Shown here: piece after piece, positions 34,945-45,918 of the stretch
Numbering within the stretch: the stretch's first letter is position 1
Layout: each line of letters opens with the position of its first letter
Assembly: GCA_905178155.1 (NCBI GenBank)
Contig: CAJINV010000005.1
Span: forward strand, 545,715-609,714
Length of the DNA stretch: 64,000 nucleotides
DNA from: Amoebophrya sp. A120
Lineage: Eukaryota > Protista > Dinoflagellata
Direction: 5' to 3'
Made by a program: the position numbers and the translations under genes
The notes under the pieces: model-generated
Told to the model about the DNA's origin: nothing
Seen by the model: the letters and a program-made list of their open reading frames with translations, nothing else
Database searches by the model: none

Positions 34945-35557
34945 GAGATGGTTTTAAAAGTGCATCTATATTGATACTGATTTTGAAGATAGGCAAGTGA
35001 AAAAACTAGAGGTGCAAGATCAAGGAGCGTATACGCAAATGGAAAGTAGTAGTACCCAACTGTAAAGGAAAGAAAAAATAATGATCACTAGACTGCTCAC
35101 GACTGGGGTGCACGGCCACGAGTCACAAAAAAGAAGCGGCTCCCTGCGCTGAGGTGAGCTCAAACGACAAGCGACCGCTTTGTCATTCAAACTTATCAGA
35201 GAGTCAACATTTCCATTTGTGAATCGCAATCGAGACGAAAGAAAATAACCCAGGTTGGTTGCAACCGAACAGACAGCGGCAGTGTGCCTTGTCGATCAAA
35301 CTCAAAGTCACAACTCGCTTACACGAAGCAAAAGCAGAGGCAAGCAAATCAACTGCGCTTGTTGAACCGCTCTGCATGTGCGGTTGGCGGTGGAGAATGA
35401 ACTTCACTCCCTCTAGCCGCGAAAGGAATTGCAATCTGGTGTACGCTGGTGTACATCAACTCCAAGTTAGTAGCATCTCGGTAAATAATTGTTGTGCTAT
35501 TCATCTGTAAAAATTGCTGATCGACAATGGAGTCATGTGTTTCGTGCGACCTCTCTC

Positions 35558-37721
35558 TCACATCGGCTTGGAATTGGGATTCGTATTCTGCGAAAGGAAA
35601 AGCTTCTGGAGTTCCTCGACGATCGTCTTGCTTTTGCGGAGCTGCGAGCCCTCGTCCCGTAAAGCCGCGATGGTCTGCTGATCCAGATGCATCCAAGGGT
35701 GATAGAAAATCCAGTCGCTTCTAATGTTTTGGGAAGGAACAGGCAGCTCGTTCCAACGAAAACCGAACTTAACCCACGTGCCCGCCGACAATTTGACGTG
35801 CGGCGGCACTAGTATTCTTTCTGCAAAAGAGCGCGTCGACGATATCCCTTTCCCTCCTCTCCAGTTCCTCGATGAGATCGCTGTACCGGATTGCAGGCGG
35901 AAACTCGTTCAGTGCTCCAATCTCGAGACAGAGGGCGAACCAATCTCTTTCTTGCTGCTGGTCTTCGGTCGGATAGCTGCTGATCGTAGCATGGGTGTCT
36001 ACAAACACTTTGCACAAATCAAATAGTCCGCCTTGGCGTTTCAGTTTTTCCTTCTCCTTGTCGGTGCGGTTCTTCATCGCATGCTCTAGTTGATTCGTCA
36101 TGATTGTACAGGCTTGCCGCAGGGTAGCCATGGTTGGCAACGGCCGGAGCGGTAGCTTCTCGTCTTTTTCTCCTTGTGTCGATGGGGGTGCGGAAACGTG
36201 TGAGGCCGCAGGTTTTTTTTCCTCCGCACTCTCAGCAAGGCGAGCCTTCTTTCTCATCGTCACACTTTTCGTAGTTAGCCCCTCGCCCTGCTTCGCACCG
36301 ACCACCTCTTCACGAGTCGAGGAGGTGGCATTTAGCTGCCTTTTGTTCGTCGTCGGAAGAATACATGCGGGCTTGTTCGAGGGTATTTCTCCACTTGCGC
36401 CAGCTTCGTCTGCCGTTTTTCTGGTTTCCCGTCGGACGGCAGCTGACGCGGCCACATCTGCGCCTTCCTGCATATCAGTGTCATCTATCTCGCAAAATTC
36501 GTCGTTTATCTTCTGCAAGAGTATGAATGTGCGTGTGTCGCCGCTTTTTCCGGCTGCGCGGTAATCGCCGACATCTCCGGAATCGCACTGGGTCGCGACC
36601 GAGGTTTTCGGCTTCTCCTCTGGCACGGCGCACGACTGGGAGGCTTTGCTGACTGCTGCCGGAGCACGCTGGGTGCTGGAATTGGTCAAGGGCGGATCGA
36701 TCTGCACGCCGCGGCTAGCCGTGCTCGGGCCGCACTGCACCGCTTTCGTGCACCCACTGCGGTGTGGGAGGATGAAGCCTTGCGTAGTCAAGTACTCCCG
36801 GTCTTGCTTCGTCAAGTCCGCCTCATGCTTACATACGTAGAAGCCGAGAAACCACCTACTCCTGCTCGGGGCCGCTCCGTTTCTTGCTTGGGCAGAGAGT
36901 GGCGCGGTCGTTGCCTGTTGCCTTGGGCCCGCTGCGGCTTTTAGTGCGCTGCTGTCTAGCCGCCAAACGTCTCTCGCGTCGCGGATAGTGCAATGCGGGT
37001 TCCTTCCGTCAAACCGCTGAAAGACGTTCTTTACATGCAGCGCGACACCCTCGAACCAGTGGCCTTTGCTACAGCGAAGCTCAGTATTATTGACCTTCCT
37101 TGGCGATGCCGTCACTGCTTCCGCTCCTCCGGTCTCAGGCCCGAAATACCGCACAGGCTCAGCGCGCCGCTTTCCGTCGGGATTAAATTGCGGCTCGGTG
37201 GCGCTTTTGTCGACATTTTGTAGGAATATGTTGCCATGCGGACTGCTCGCGCTGGTTTCCCACACCTCGTCGATCGTCAGCGCAATGCAATGTATCCAAC
37301 CGTTCTGGTTTCTTCCGTCTTTATGAATTTTAGCGGTCGCATCTCGCTGCAATTGGATCGACGAGAACTCGTAATGCTTTCCGGTCAGTGGGTTCCGAGG
37401 ACGAAATGCGCGCGCCCATTCCGTAATCAGCCGAGTCAGAAACGGGCGCTGTCTGGTTGCGACGGAGACTGCTGCTTTGTCTGGTCTGGCCCGCGGGTTA
37501 ACGCAGCCGAGCGTCCACCCGCCGCCATCCGGATCCAAATCCAGTACGTCTCTCGGAATCGGCGGCAGCTTCTTTTCAAAAGCACCTTCCAGGGTCTCGA
37601 AAAGCCACCTTGCGTCGAGCTTTTCGGGAGATGATATGGCCTCCAGCAAGGCCTTGCCGAGTCGCAGGTCTTCGCTCAGTTGCTGATACTGCCGAGACTC
37701 GGAGGCACCCCTTTCCGACAT
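35558..37721 (-). CDS. Protein with 2OG-Fe(II) dioxygenase-like domain and low-complexity C-terminal half
   Basis: FSSIQLQRDATAKIHKDGRN (HxD), FDGRNPHCT (distal His) and RWFLGFY (Arg). 650-aa ORF plus a short last exon. Confidence 0.65.
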
Positions 37722-38658
37722 ATTTTTGCTTCAGCCGCGACGCGGACGCCGGCGTCGCACCACTTGTGAAAAAAAGGCGTCGACGAGGTGCTCGGCTTCT
37801 AGATCGATGTAGCTACTTTCATCTTCAACAGGAGTGTATCTCTATCTTTTTCATTTTCATCCCGATTGGGTTTGTGGACCGGCCGAGATAGAAAGATAAA
37901 CGCACCAGCATCAGTGGTAAACGGAAAACGTCATGATGTACAGAAGAATACTATCAGGATCACAATCAATTCAAGATGAAGCTGGGGCACGAGCACGACT
38001 GCAATGATCGCTAAGAGAACGAAAGGCAAAAAAACTGATCTGTTCTTTGTCGTTAGTACCATGATACCTGACTCATTTTTGTTGAATGAGAATGATCAAC
38101 TTCGATCATACGATGGGACATCGTCAAAATGCGGCTGCGTGTTAAAAAACAACGACAGTTAAAACATTGGAAATGGAATTCAATTGCGTATAAATGAGGT
38201 CCTCAACGCGTCACACTCACATCAGACTCAGACTAACACAGGAACGCAACAGCGCTTAGAGCTTTTACTTCCTCCTTCTTGTAATTCTTGTTGAAAATAT
38301 ATGTAGGTAGCCGTGATGACTGCATAATGAAAAGTTTCTTTCTCGTTTTAGTTCTTTCACTTCGGGAAGAACGTCTTCATCATCATCTCCTCCACTTGTC
38401 AACATTTTAATGCGACGACTGAGATCCGTTGTTCGATCCGAACATTTTGGCCCAGGCAATCTGCGGCTCCCACGTGATCTTGTTTTCCGGCAAGAAACGA
38501 TGGGACCCAACCTCGACGATGGAACGCTGGAAGCCCCAGATCGGGTAACCTGATAATTTGTATTGCAGCGGTCAACCACGACAACCATAATGGTAATCTA
38601 ATCGCGCTTCAGCTTCTAATCTACTTACTTACTTTGTCATGCACAATGAACATCAGCT

Positions 38659-39479
38659 TCAGCATACATAGTTGATGGCATCAATTTCAAACGTACCCAT
38701 GTCCCGCAACCGATCGAAGCAAATCCTCTTGCACTGCCAGTCCATGTTCCTGCAGTCCTTGCACTGGGAGTAGAAAACGTCATCTGCCGCACTGATCCAG
38801 TTATCCCGCGGCTCCATTTCCGCCCCGTAGGCGTAGGGGAGCGGGAACGGCGCAGACATCACGCGATGGTTCTCTTGGACGTTGTTTTGCAGGTACCTGG
38901 CGGAGGTTTTCATGGATTCATACAAGTACGTGAAACTGAAAAGATGCTACAGCGAGGATTCGCATGAAAGTCAAAGTTTGGCCTTCAGATAGACTCGCAT
39001 GATAAACTGGTAGAAAATGAAAAGATAAATTCGAGAAGTACAGCCACGCCACGCTCATGTTGAATGTCCACATTCCGAACATGAAGAATCCAACTTTTCG
39101 GTCGTACTCCGTCCACATGTGTGCCCAAACTCGATCTGTAGTGTCATGTGGTTATTTTGAAGTGCGACTCAACACCAGAATCAAGAATCGGAACAAATGC
39201 CTTCATCATTCAAGAGAAGACCTGCTCGCTGCTGTTACACTTGCAGGTTCAGGAAATAAACAAAAGAACTCACTCAGCACCATTTGGATGCAGGTCCATC
39301 ACCCACGCTCTCCTATTCCAGTATCGTGTATGCGTGCCGAAAATGTCCAGCCATCGCATCGCCTTCTGCTTTAAAGTCTCACTTGGCTCCACAACCGCTT
39401 TTGCGCTGTCGGCGAACCGACGCGTTTGCTGCCGCATTGCCGCATTTGCGACGGTTATTTTCTGGGTAGCGCGGAGCAT
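38659..39479 (-). CDS. Small mitochondrial-targeted membrane protein with CxxCxxxDxxCxxxC motif (possibly an alveolate complex IV accessory subunit)
   Basis: Presequence-like MLRATQKITVANAAMRQQTRRFAD, one transmembrane segment (GFFMFGMWTFNMSVAWLYF) and CKDCRNMDWQCKRICF. Three exons. Confidence 0.6.
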
Positions 39480-40352
39480 GGCTCTTTGGTCTGTTGTAGT
39501 TGTCCAACGGAGGTCAGCAGCTACTCCTCGAAACCACCCTTCTCGTTTACAGCAGCTGCCTTATCCGGGGTCTAGAACTACTGGTTCTGCTGACAGCACG
39601 CTCGGGCAGCTGCTGTGCCAGACATCCACCTCCCCTGCAAGCCGGCTGTCTTTCAGCACGGCATAGTTTTGGTCAAACAACTGGAGTGAAAGATAAACGA
39701 CAGATGGTAAAAATACACATCGATCACGAATGTTAGAGAGAAACGAAGTGAAGAAAAGACACTCTCCGGACGGCACTTAATCTCGACCACACTCGACACT
39801 GCAAAAGCATCACGACAAAAACAAAACAAGCACGTAAATCGCTCTGCTGACAATAGAAGGTATTAGGTTTGACGGTATACTACTTAACTCACAAACAGCA
39901 CGAGGCTTCCAACTTCAAGTGCAGCGAGAGTGGGCAAGCCTACAACCACCTTCGGCAAAGGGGCCAATCGTCGGCCGCTCCTGCAGTTCAGTTTGTTCTG
40001 CAGAGGGTGCACTTGTTTTCCATATGATGATACATTGATTTACATAGGGCGGCACATAAAGTCATCTGAAAGTGAAATCTTTGCAATCTTGTATAGCGTC
40101 TGGTACAGGTACTGCGTCAATCTTTTGCTTGTGGGTGCAGTGAAAATGTTGAGCTTTTGAGAGATGTTGAGAGTAGTCGTGGTGACACGGTCATCGTCCT
40201 ATAATGTGCGGTCAAGTGATGTACACTTTTTTGTCGTGCGTACGCTTCTCGGGTTTCTTTGGCGCAAGAGCACACGAGAGCAAAGCTCATCCAGGTCCAA
40301 CCGTGAAACCCAGAGTTGTACGCACGTCTTCCATGTGAAGCTGAATTCGAAC

Positions 40353-41423
40353 TTAACCCTGGACCTGCGTGTTTCCGCCGGTACGCTGCCTTCTACGTTC
40401 ACCCTTGGCCACGGCGTGGAAACCGGACTTGATGGATTGACAGGTCCTGTTTTGTGTTTTTTTGTTGAAATGTAAGGACGAGACAAATGCGTCACTGATG
40501 TGCAGTCGCGCGCATAACAGATGCAGCTACTGATGCGGAATACACAACACAAAACGCAAAATACGAATACCTCGACGCCCCGCAGTTTGAGCAGGTGATG
40601 ATGTTCAATCGCGTAGCCTGGTCCTTGCTCAGCTGCGTGTTCGAGCTTCTGCACATGGCGCACATGACGTACTCCCGAATGTACCTGTATTTGCGAGTCG
40701 AATGGATTCACATTTGATGCATCACAAACTTCTTCATCACACCCACCGGCAGGGCTGCCACGAAAGCCATGCATCCACCGTTCCTAGATATGCTTCCAAG
40801 CTGCGAACCACAATGCACTAAATTTTCTGTACTTTCTGAGCAGCGACTCGATATTTCTGGGATAGAATCGTCCCTTCAGGATAAACTGTCCCTCGCCTGC
40901 CATGGTTCCGTCGCAACCCAACTCTGCAAAGACGTAAGAACTCAAGTGTTCGGTACTTCTGTTCATGTTGTCGCAGATCTTTTGGAAGTTCACCCAGCCC
41001 GTCTTTTTTGCGCCGACACGGGTGATCTGTTTTTTTTTGTGAAGTTGGATTGCACGAATACACCTTTCTTACCTGGGCAGCTTCATCTTTCCATGCATAT
41101 TCAAGTCAAAACAAGAGGAAGTGGCGACACTTTCACTTACAGAGCAAGAAGAAGAAACTACCCGATGTATAAATTATTACCTCTGGTGGAGTGAGTGTGT
41201 ATTTCTCTTTGATGCCCATCCCGCTGTGCTTGGCGTCGATGGTATCGCGGACCCGCTGGAGCATTTCTTCGTAGTCCATCAATTCTCCCTTCTCAAACTC
41301 GGTTTCAACAAGCTCCACGGCCTCCTCGGCAGCGCCATCCTTCTTTTCCTTTTTTTCCTTCTTCTCCTTCTTTTTCTTCTTACCGAAGTCCATCACCGGC
41401 TCCTCTTCGTGTTCCTCCGGCAT
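40353..41423 (-). CDS. EIF2S2: Translation initiation factor eIF2 subunit beta
   Basis: Lys-box DFGKKKKK, YEEMLQR, KKTGWVNFQKIC, ELGCDG, LKGRF, zinc ribbon EYVMCAMC...CSNCGAS and IKSGFHA. Canonical introns. Confidence 0.95.
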
Positions 41424-42075
41424 GGTGGGCGAGGGTTTTTGCTTGGTTTAAAACAGAATATGGTGTTGACACTTTCACTTACGTACTAGATGAGTAAAGG
41501 TGACGTGATACGGAAATCTAGCTAAGAATGGTCGCTGCGAGGTATCATCGATTCGAACAAGCGGAGCAGAGCATAGAAAAATGTTTGGGTCTTGCTCGTT
41601 GAACCAAAGAAAAACAACAATTTGAGAACCATTTCGGAGCTTTCTTTCGGGAACTCGCGTCTCAAATAAAGAAAAAAGAGATCTCTTGTGTCGTGGGACT
41701 ATTAGCAAAAAACTATTTCTGTCGTCTGTTGATGGAACGTGGTTCGACGCGTTGCGTACTATGAATGTGAAGTGATCTTTTATTGTGCCATGATAAGGGA
41801 TCTATCTTTTTCTTTCTTCATCAACATGTGTTTCCTAAGACACGGCATATGGAACAATGCTGCTGGTGCTGACACAACCGCGATAGGAATACAGCAGTGC
41901 AGCGCCGGCGTGACTTCAGGAAGCAAAGGTCTTGTGAAAAAGAATGTCGAGAATTACAAAGTCCTTTTAAGCTTGTTACCGCAGGTTTTTTACAAACCAG
42001 TAAAACTTTCACATGCTAGCACTTCCCTCACGTATCATATCCAAACCAACGTCAAGTGATACGAACGTGCAGTCT

Positions 42076-45000
42076 CTACGTCTCGTCAAGATCGTCATCC
42101 AAATGACTAAATGCTCCCCGCGCTCCTGCTATAGATGTAGAATTTACTTCTTGTGTTTTTGCAACACCACCCGTAGCCGCGTCACCCGAGGATCCCGCTG
42201 CAACTTTCGACGCTGGACCCAGCACGTGCAAGATTTTGGGTCGCGGAATCACGGTTGTAAAGGCCCGCAACGGTTTAATTTGGTTTTGCTTCATCATTTC
42301 TCTCGTTTTGCTTTCGTAAGTGTCTTCGACAAGTAAGACCGGTGGTGCAGCTGCAGCAGCCGATAGGGCCGACGCATGATCAGCAGTAGCAGAAGGGACG
42401 CTTTTTGCCTCACCATTTTGCTTCTCGGTACCCCCGACACGCGGTCTCTCTCCTGAGGTTTTGTTGATTTTCGCCCGAGAAAACTTCGATCCTTGCGATG
42501 TACTCGGCCGCGACGCCGCAGTGCTTGTGCTCGGTCGTTTTTGTTCTTTCTTCTCCTGCGGATTGTTTATGCATTGCAAAAGTATCGCACTCGTATAAAT
42601 GGCAAATTTCCTCAGCATGAGAAATAAAATTTGTATATGCGGATTTAGCTTAGGAACTAGATTTGTAATGCATGTTTGCAATTACTACGAGTACGATACT
42701 TTTGCACAGGATATTGTTGAGTTTCAACCAATTGCCGGTGCAGGCGATCCTGGTGGCGGTTGTTGTACTCGCTGCAGACGAATGCGGTAGCGGAAACTCG
42801 TCCGGCTCACCATTGTGCTGACCACCACTGCATCGCTCAACCAAACCGGGATGAGTCGTCAGGCTGGTCCCACCTCCGACTCCTATCGCTGGCACAGAGG
42901 GCGCTGTCTGTGCTCGCGATGTAGTCATCTCTGCTGCAATGTAGTCTTGGCGCTCTCGGTTTGTCGGGGCGAAAAAGCTGTGCATTGGTGTTCTCGAGGA
43001 CGGCGGCGGAGAGTTTAACCCACCGGTTGAGGTTGTACCAGGATGCGGGGGAGGTGGAAAGTGTTGTAGATTTGAGGAAGAACTCCGGCTTTGAACTTGC
43101 GCTGCGTGCAATTGCTCCAGCAAACTCTTCACTTTCTCCCTGGTTTTGCGGTTTTCATGCGTCAAGCGGTTGCTCCACCCGTGTGTCAAGGTGTTGGTCC
43201 GGCTGTTCGAAGATGCGCCTCTAGGGCTCGTCCTTGGCCTTCGGTCGTGCTGTGTGTGCTTCTTTTTGCAAGTCCTACCCTGCTCAGAGGACGCCGCAAC
43301 AAGGATAAGCTCGCTGGAAGACGAAGCTGCAACTTGATTTATTTTACCTCGATTCGCACGCGACGCAGAGCTTGACTCATTTTCGCTGCAGGAGCTGTGG
43401 AGGTCGTAGCTTTGTTCTAAAGAACGCTGCTTCTTGTAGTAGTCCCGCGCACTTGTCTCCTCCACGTACGTATCGTACGTCCGGCCCGCTTTCGTGCGCT
43501 TGTTCTTCCGTCCAGCTAATTGCTCGAGCGGGGAACTTTCTGCTGCTGCGGATGCTTTCAACCATCGCCGGAGCTTTTCGAATAGCAATTGTCGTTCGTC
43601 CACACTCCGCCAGGGTTCGCAGATGAGCTTTACGACGGGGAGAAGAACGTCTTGGACGCTAGGTTGGTCTAGTTGCTGGTGAATCTGCCCATAAGCAAGT
43701 CGTGGTCCGTTTGCGCATTGCGCCGATTCTTCTTCAATCGTCGGACTTAAATCCTGTCCTGCTTGTGGGCTGTTGTTACTCGGCGAGGCTGTGCTATGGT
43801 GATCCGAAACGACCTGTGCGCTGCTCCTCTCCACAGTTGGGGAGCCTAGGCCTGCGTCTACCGGCACAGTAGAACTTGCTGAGTCAGCCGCTGGATTTCC
43901 GGAGGTAGTTGTAGCACTCGTCTGCACGACCTGTCCCTGTCCCCGCTCTCCTGAGCTGCTGGTGTTTTTTGCAATCATAATCTTCGCGATATTTTTCTCA
44001 ATCTGTGCTTCCTCCTGCTTCGCCATTGTTTCCACTGCCGACACCCGCCGCTTCAACGACTTCACTGCTAATTCCTCCTCCCGCCTAAGGTGGCTCATGG
44101 TGTCGCGCAAATCCCCCGCGATGGTCAGCACGTCCGCACGGGTGATAAGTTTCGCCTCTAATCTACTTTCCGCGGAGCTGATACTTTGCCCCATCACCCG
44201 TCGCAAATCCTCAATTTGCTTGCTCACCTCCTCCCGCACCGCGTACTTGGATTTCGACTGAGTTTCCGCTTTCTTATCCCGTTCCGCAAGAAAGGTGTCC
44301 AGTGACTGATTTTCCTTCAAACCGAGCGCGTTCGCGACTCTTTGCTTCACGAAGTCCTGCAGGGAAAAACTCTGTTGTTGCAGCTGTGCAGTGCTGCCCA
44401 GGGAGGCAGAAGCAGTGGGGGAAAAGGGCTGAAGTTGTTGGCTTCGTTCCACATGCTCGGCGCCTCCACCGCTCCGGTCTGCTTCTGGTTCCTCCTCGCC
44501 AGTGGCATCGTCGTCAGCCTCGTTCATTCCCAGAGAAAACACACCGTCACCTAAATTCAGCATTGCCTGCACTCCTGTGCGGACGCGTGCTCGGAAGTCT
44601 TTCTCATTTGCGAATACCAAGTTCCCGCCTTGGCGATGTGAAGTTCCTGTGGTTTGGGTGTCATGGTCGTGGTCCGCATCGTCATTTTCTCCGCCAGCAT
44701 TTCCGTTTCCGTCGGAAGCATTGCCAGATCCGAGTTTTTTCTCTTCAGTAGAATCTTCATCTCCAATGGTGCCGGTTTCGGAACTAGACTTGTCTTCGCG
44801 TGGCCCACTATGGCTATGTTCCTCACTTCCTTCTCCAAATTCGAACTCTTTTTCCTCCTCCGCCGCTAGTAGAGCCGCATCTTTTTTCCGCTCCGACACG
44901 GTCTCCAGCTGGGCCCATAATTTCTCCTCCTGCTCCCTCACCCGGTCCTCTAGCTGCGACAACCTTTGCAACTGCTCGCTTTGCGCGGTCACCAGCCCGC

Positions 45001-45469
45001 TCACCCGACTCACGACGACGTGCTGCTGCGCCAGTTCGGCAACCTGTTTTTCGATGGCGGTGCAGCGGTGGTTGAGCTCTTCCTCCAAAGTTTTCTTGTT
45101 TTCCCGCATCTCCACGGCCAGCACCTCGTCCATCTGACACTTGAAGGCGATCGCGTTGCGGTGTACCGTCTTCTGTAGGTCGGGGAGTTGGTCTTGGACC
45201 AGATTCCGCAGCTGCGCGTGCTCGTCGCGGACCTGGCAGAACTGCTCGTGGATCGTGTTGACCTTTTCCAAGCTGGGCTTCATGAGCTGGAGCACGAAGG
45301 TCTGGAGCCGGGTCTCCATCTTGGCGACCAACAGCTCCATGCTGTAGTGGTCCGTCTCGATGCTGCTGGAGGAGGAGAGGAGGGTCGGCGCGTTGGGAGG
45401 GTCGTGTTCTGGCAACATCGTGGCGGTTTGCAAACAAATCCGACTTTTCGGGATGCGTGAGATGTTCAA
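42076..45469 (-). CDS. Large coiled-coil/low-complexity hypothetical protein with one introner
   Basis: The 939-aa ORF joins ORF 42076-42681 in frame (LKLNN-PQEKK) after element removal. Confidence 0.8.
42568..42713. mobile_element. Introner, family A, 146 bp, TSD TTGTT
   Basis: Ends TATGCATTGCAAAAGTATCG and CGATACTTTTGCACAGGATA. TTGTT at 42563-67 and 42714-18. Confidence 0.95.
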
Positions 45470-45918
45470 AAAAGAAACGCTGATGGTGCGAATATTCCTG
45501 CGTCTACCTGGGCCTAACTGCGTCGCGAAGATTATTCTTGTTGTACTTGTATTCTTCCCTCATTCACCACATATTGATGATCTCTCTTCCGTATTTACCC
45601 CCGTCGATGCAGGAGCTTCAGGTATGGCGTTTCTATATTTTATCACGTGGGCCTGGGAACGCTCTTCTTTTTGGGAAGCCCGTTGGCGCCTGGCATGAAA
45701 GCGCCCGGCAGCATATTTTATTTATCATCGGTCGTAGAAGTCTATCATGACGCTGGATTAGGATTCGGTGGACTGCAACCTTTTGCAGATTGGCAATCAC
45801 TTAAAATTTTCGAAGTAGGACTGTTTCGTATGATACATTAGCGCTGCTTTGTTTCATTATCGCAGCCACCGGCAGTGGGCTTTGATGTTTTCCACATCCC
45901 ACACCAAACACCCTCCAT

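Noticed and set aside
33980-34957. Long plus-strand ORFs (also 32206-33138 and 59759-60526)
   Set aside because: They are antisense shadows of minus-strand genes.
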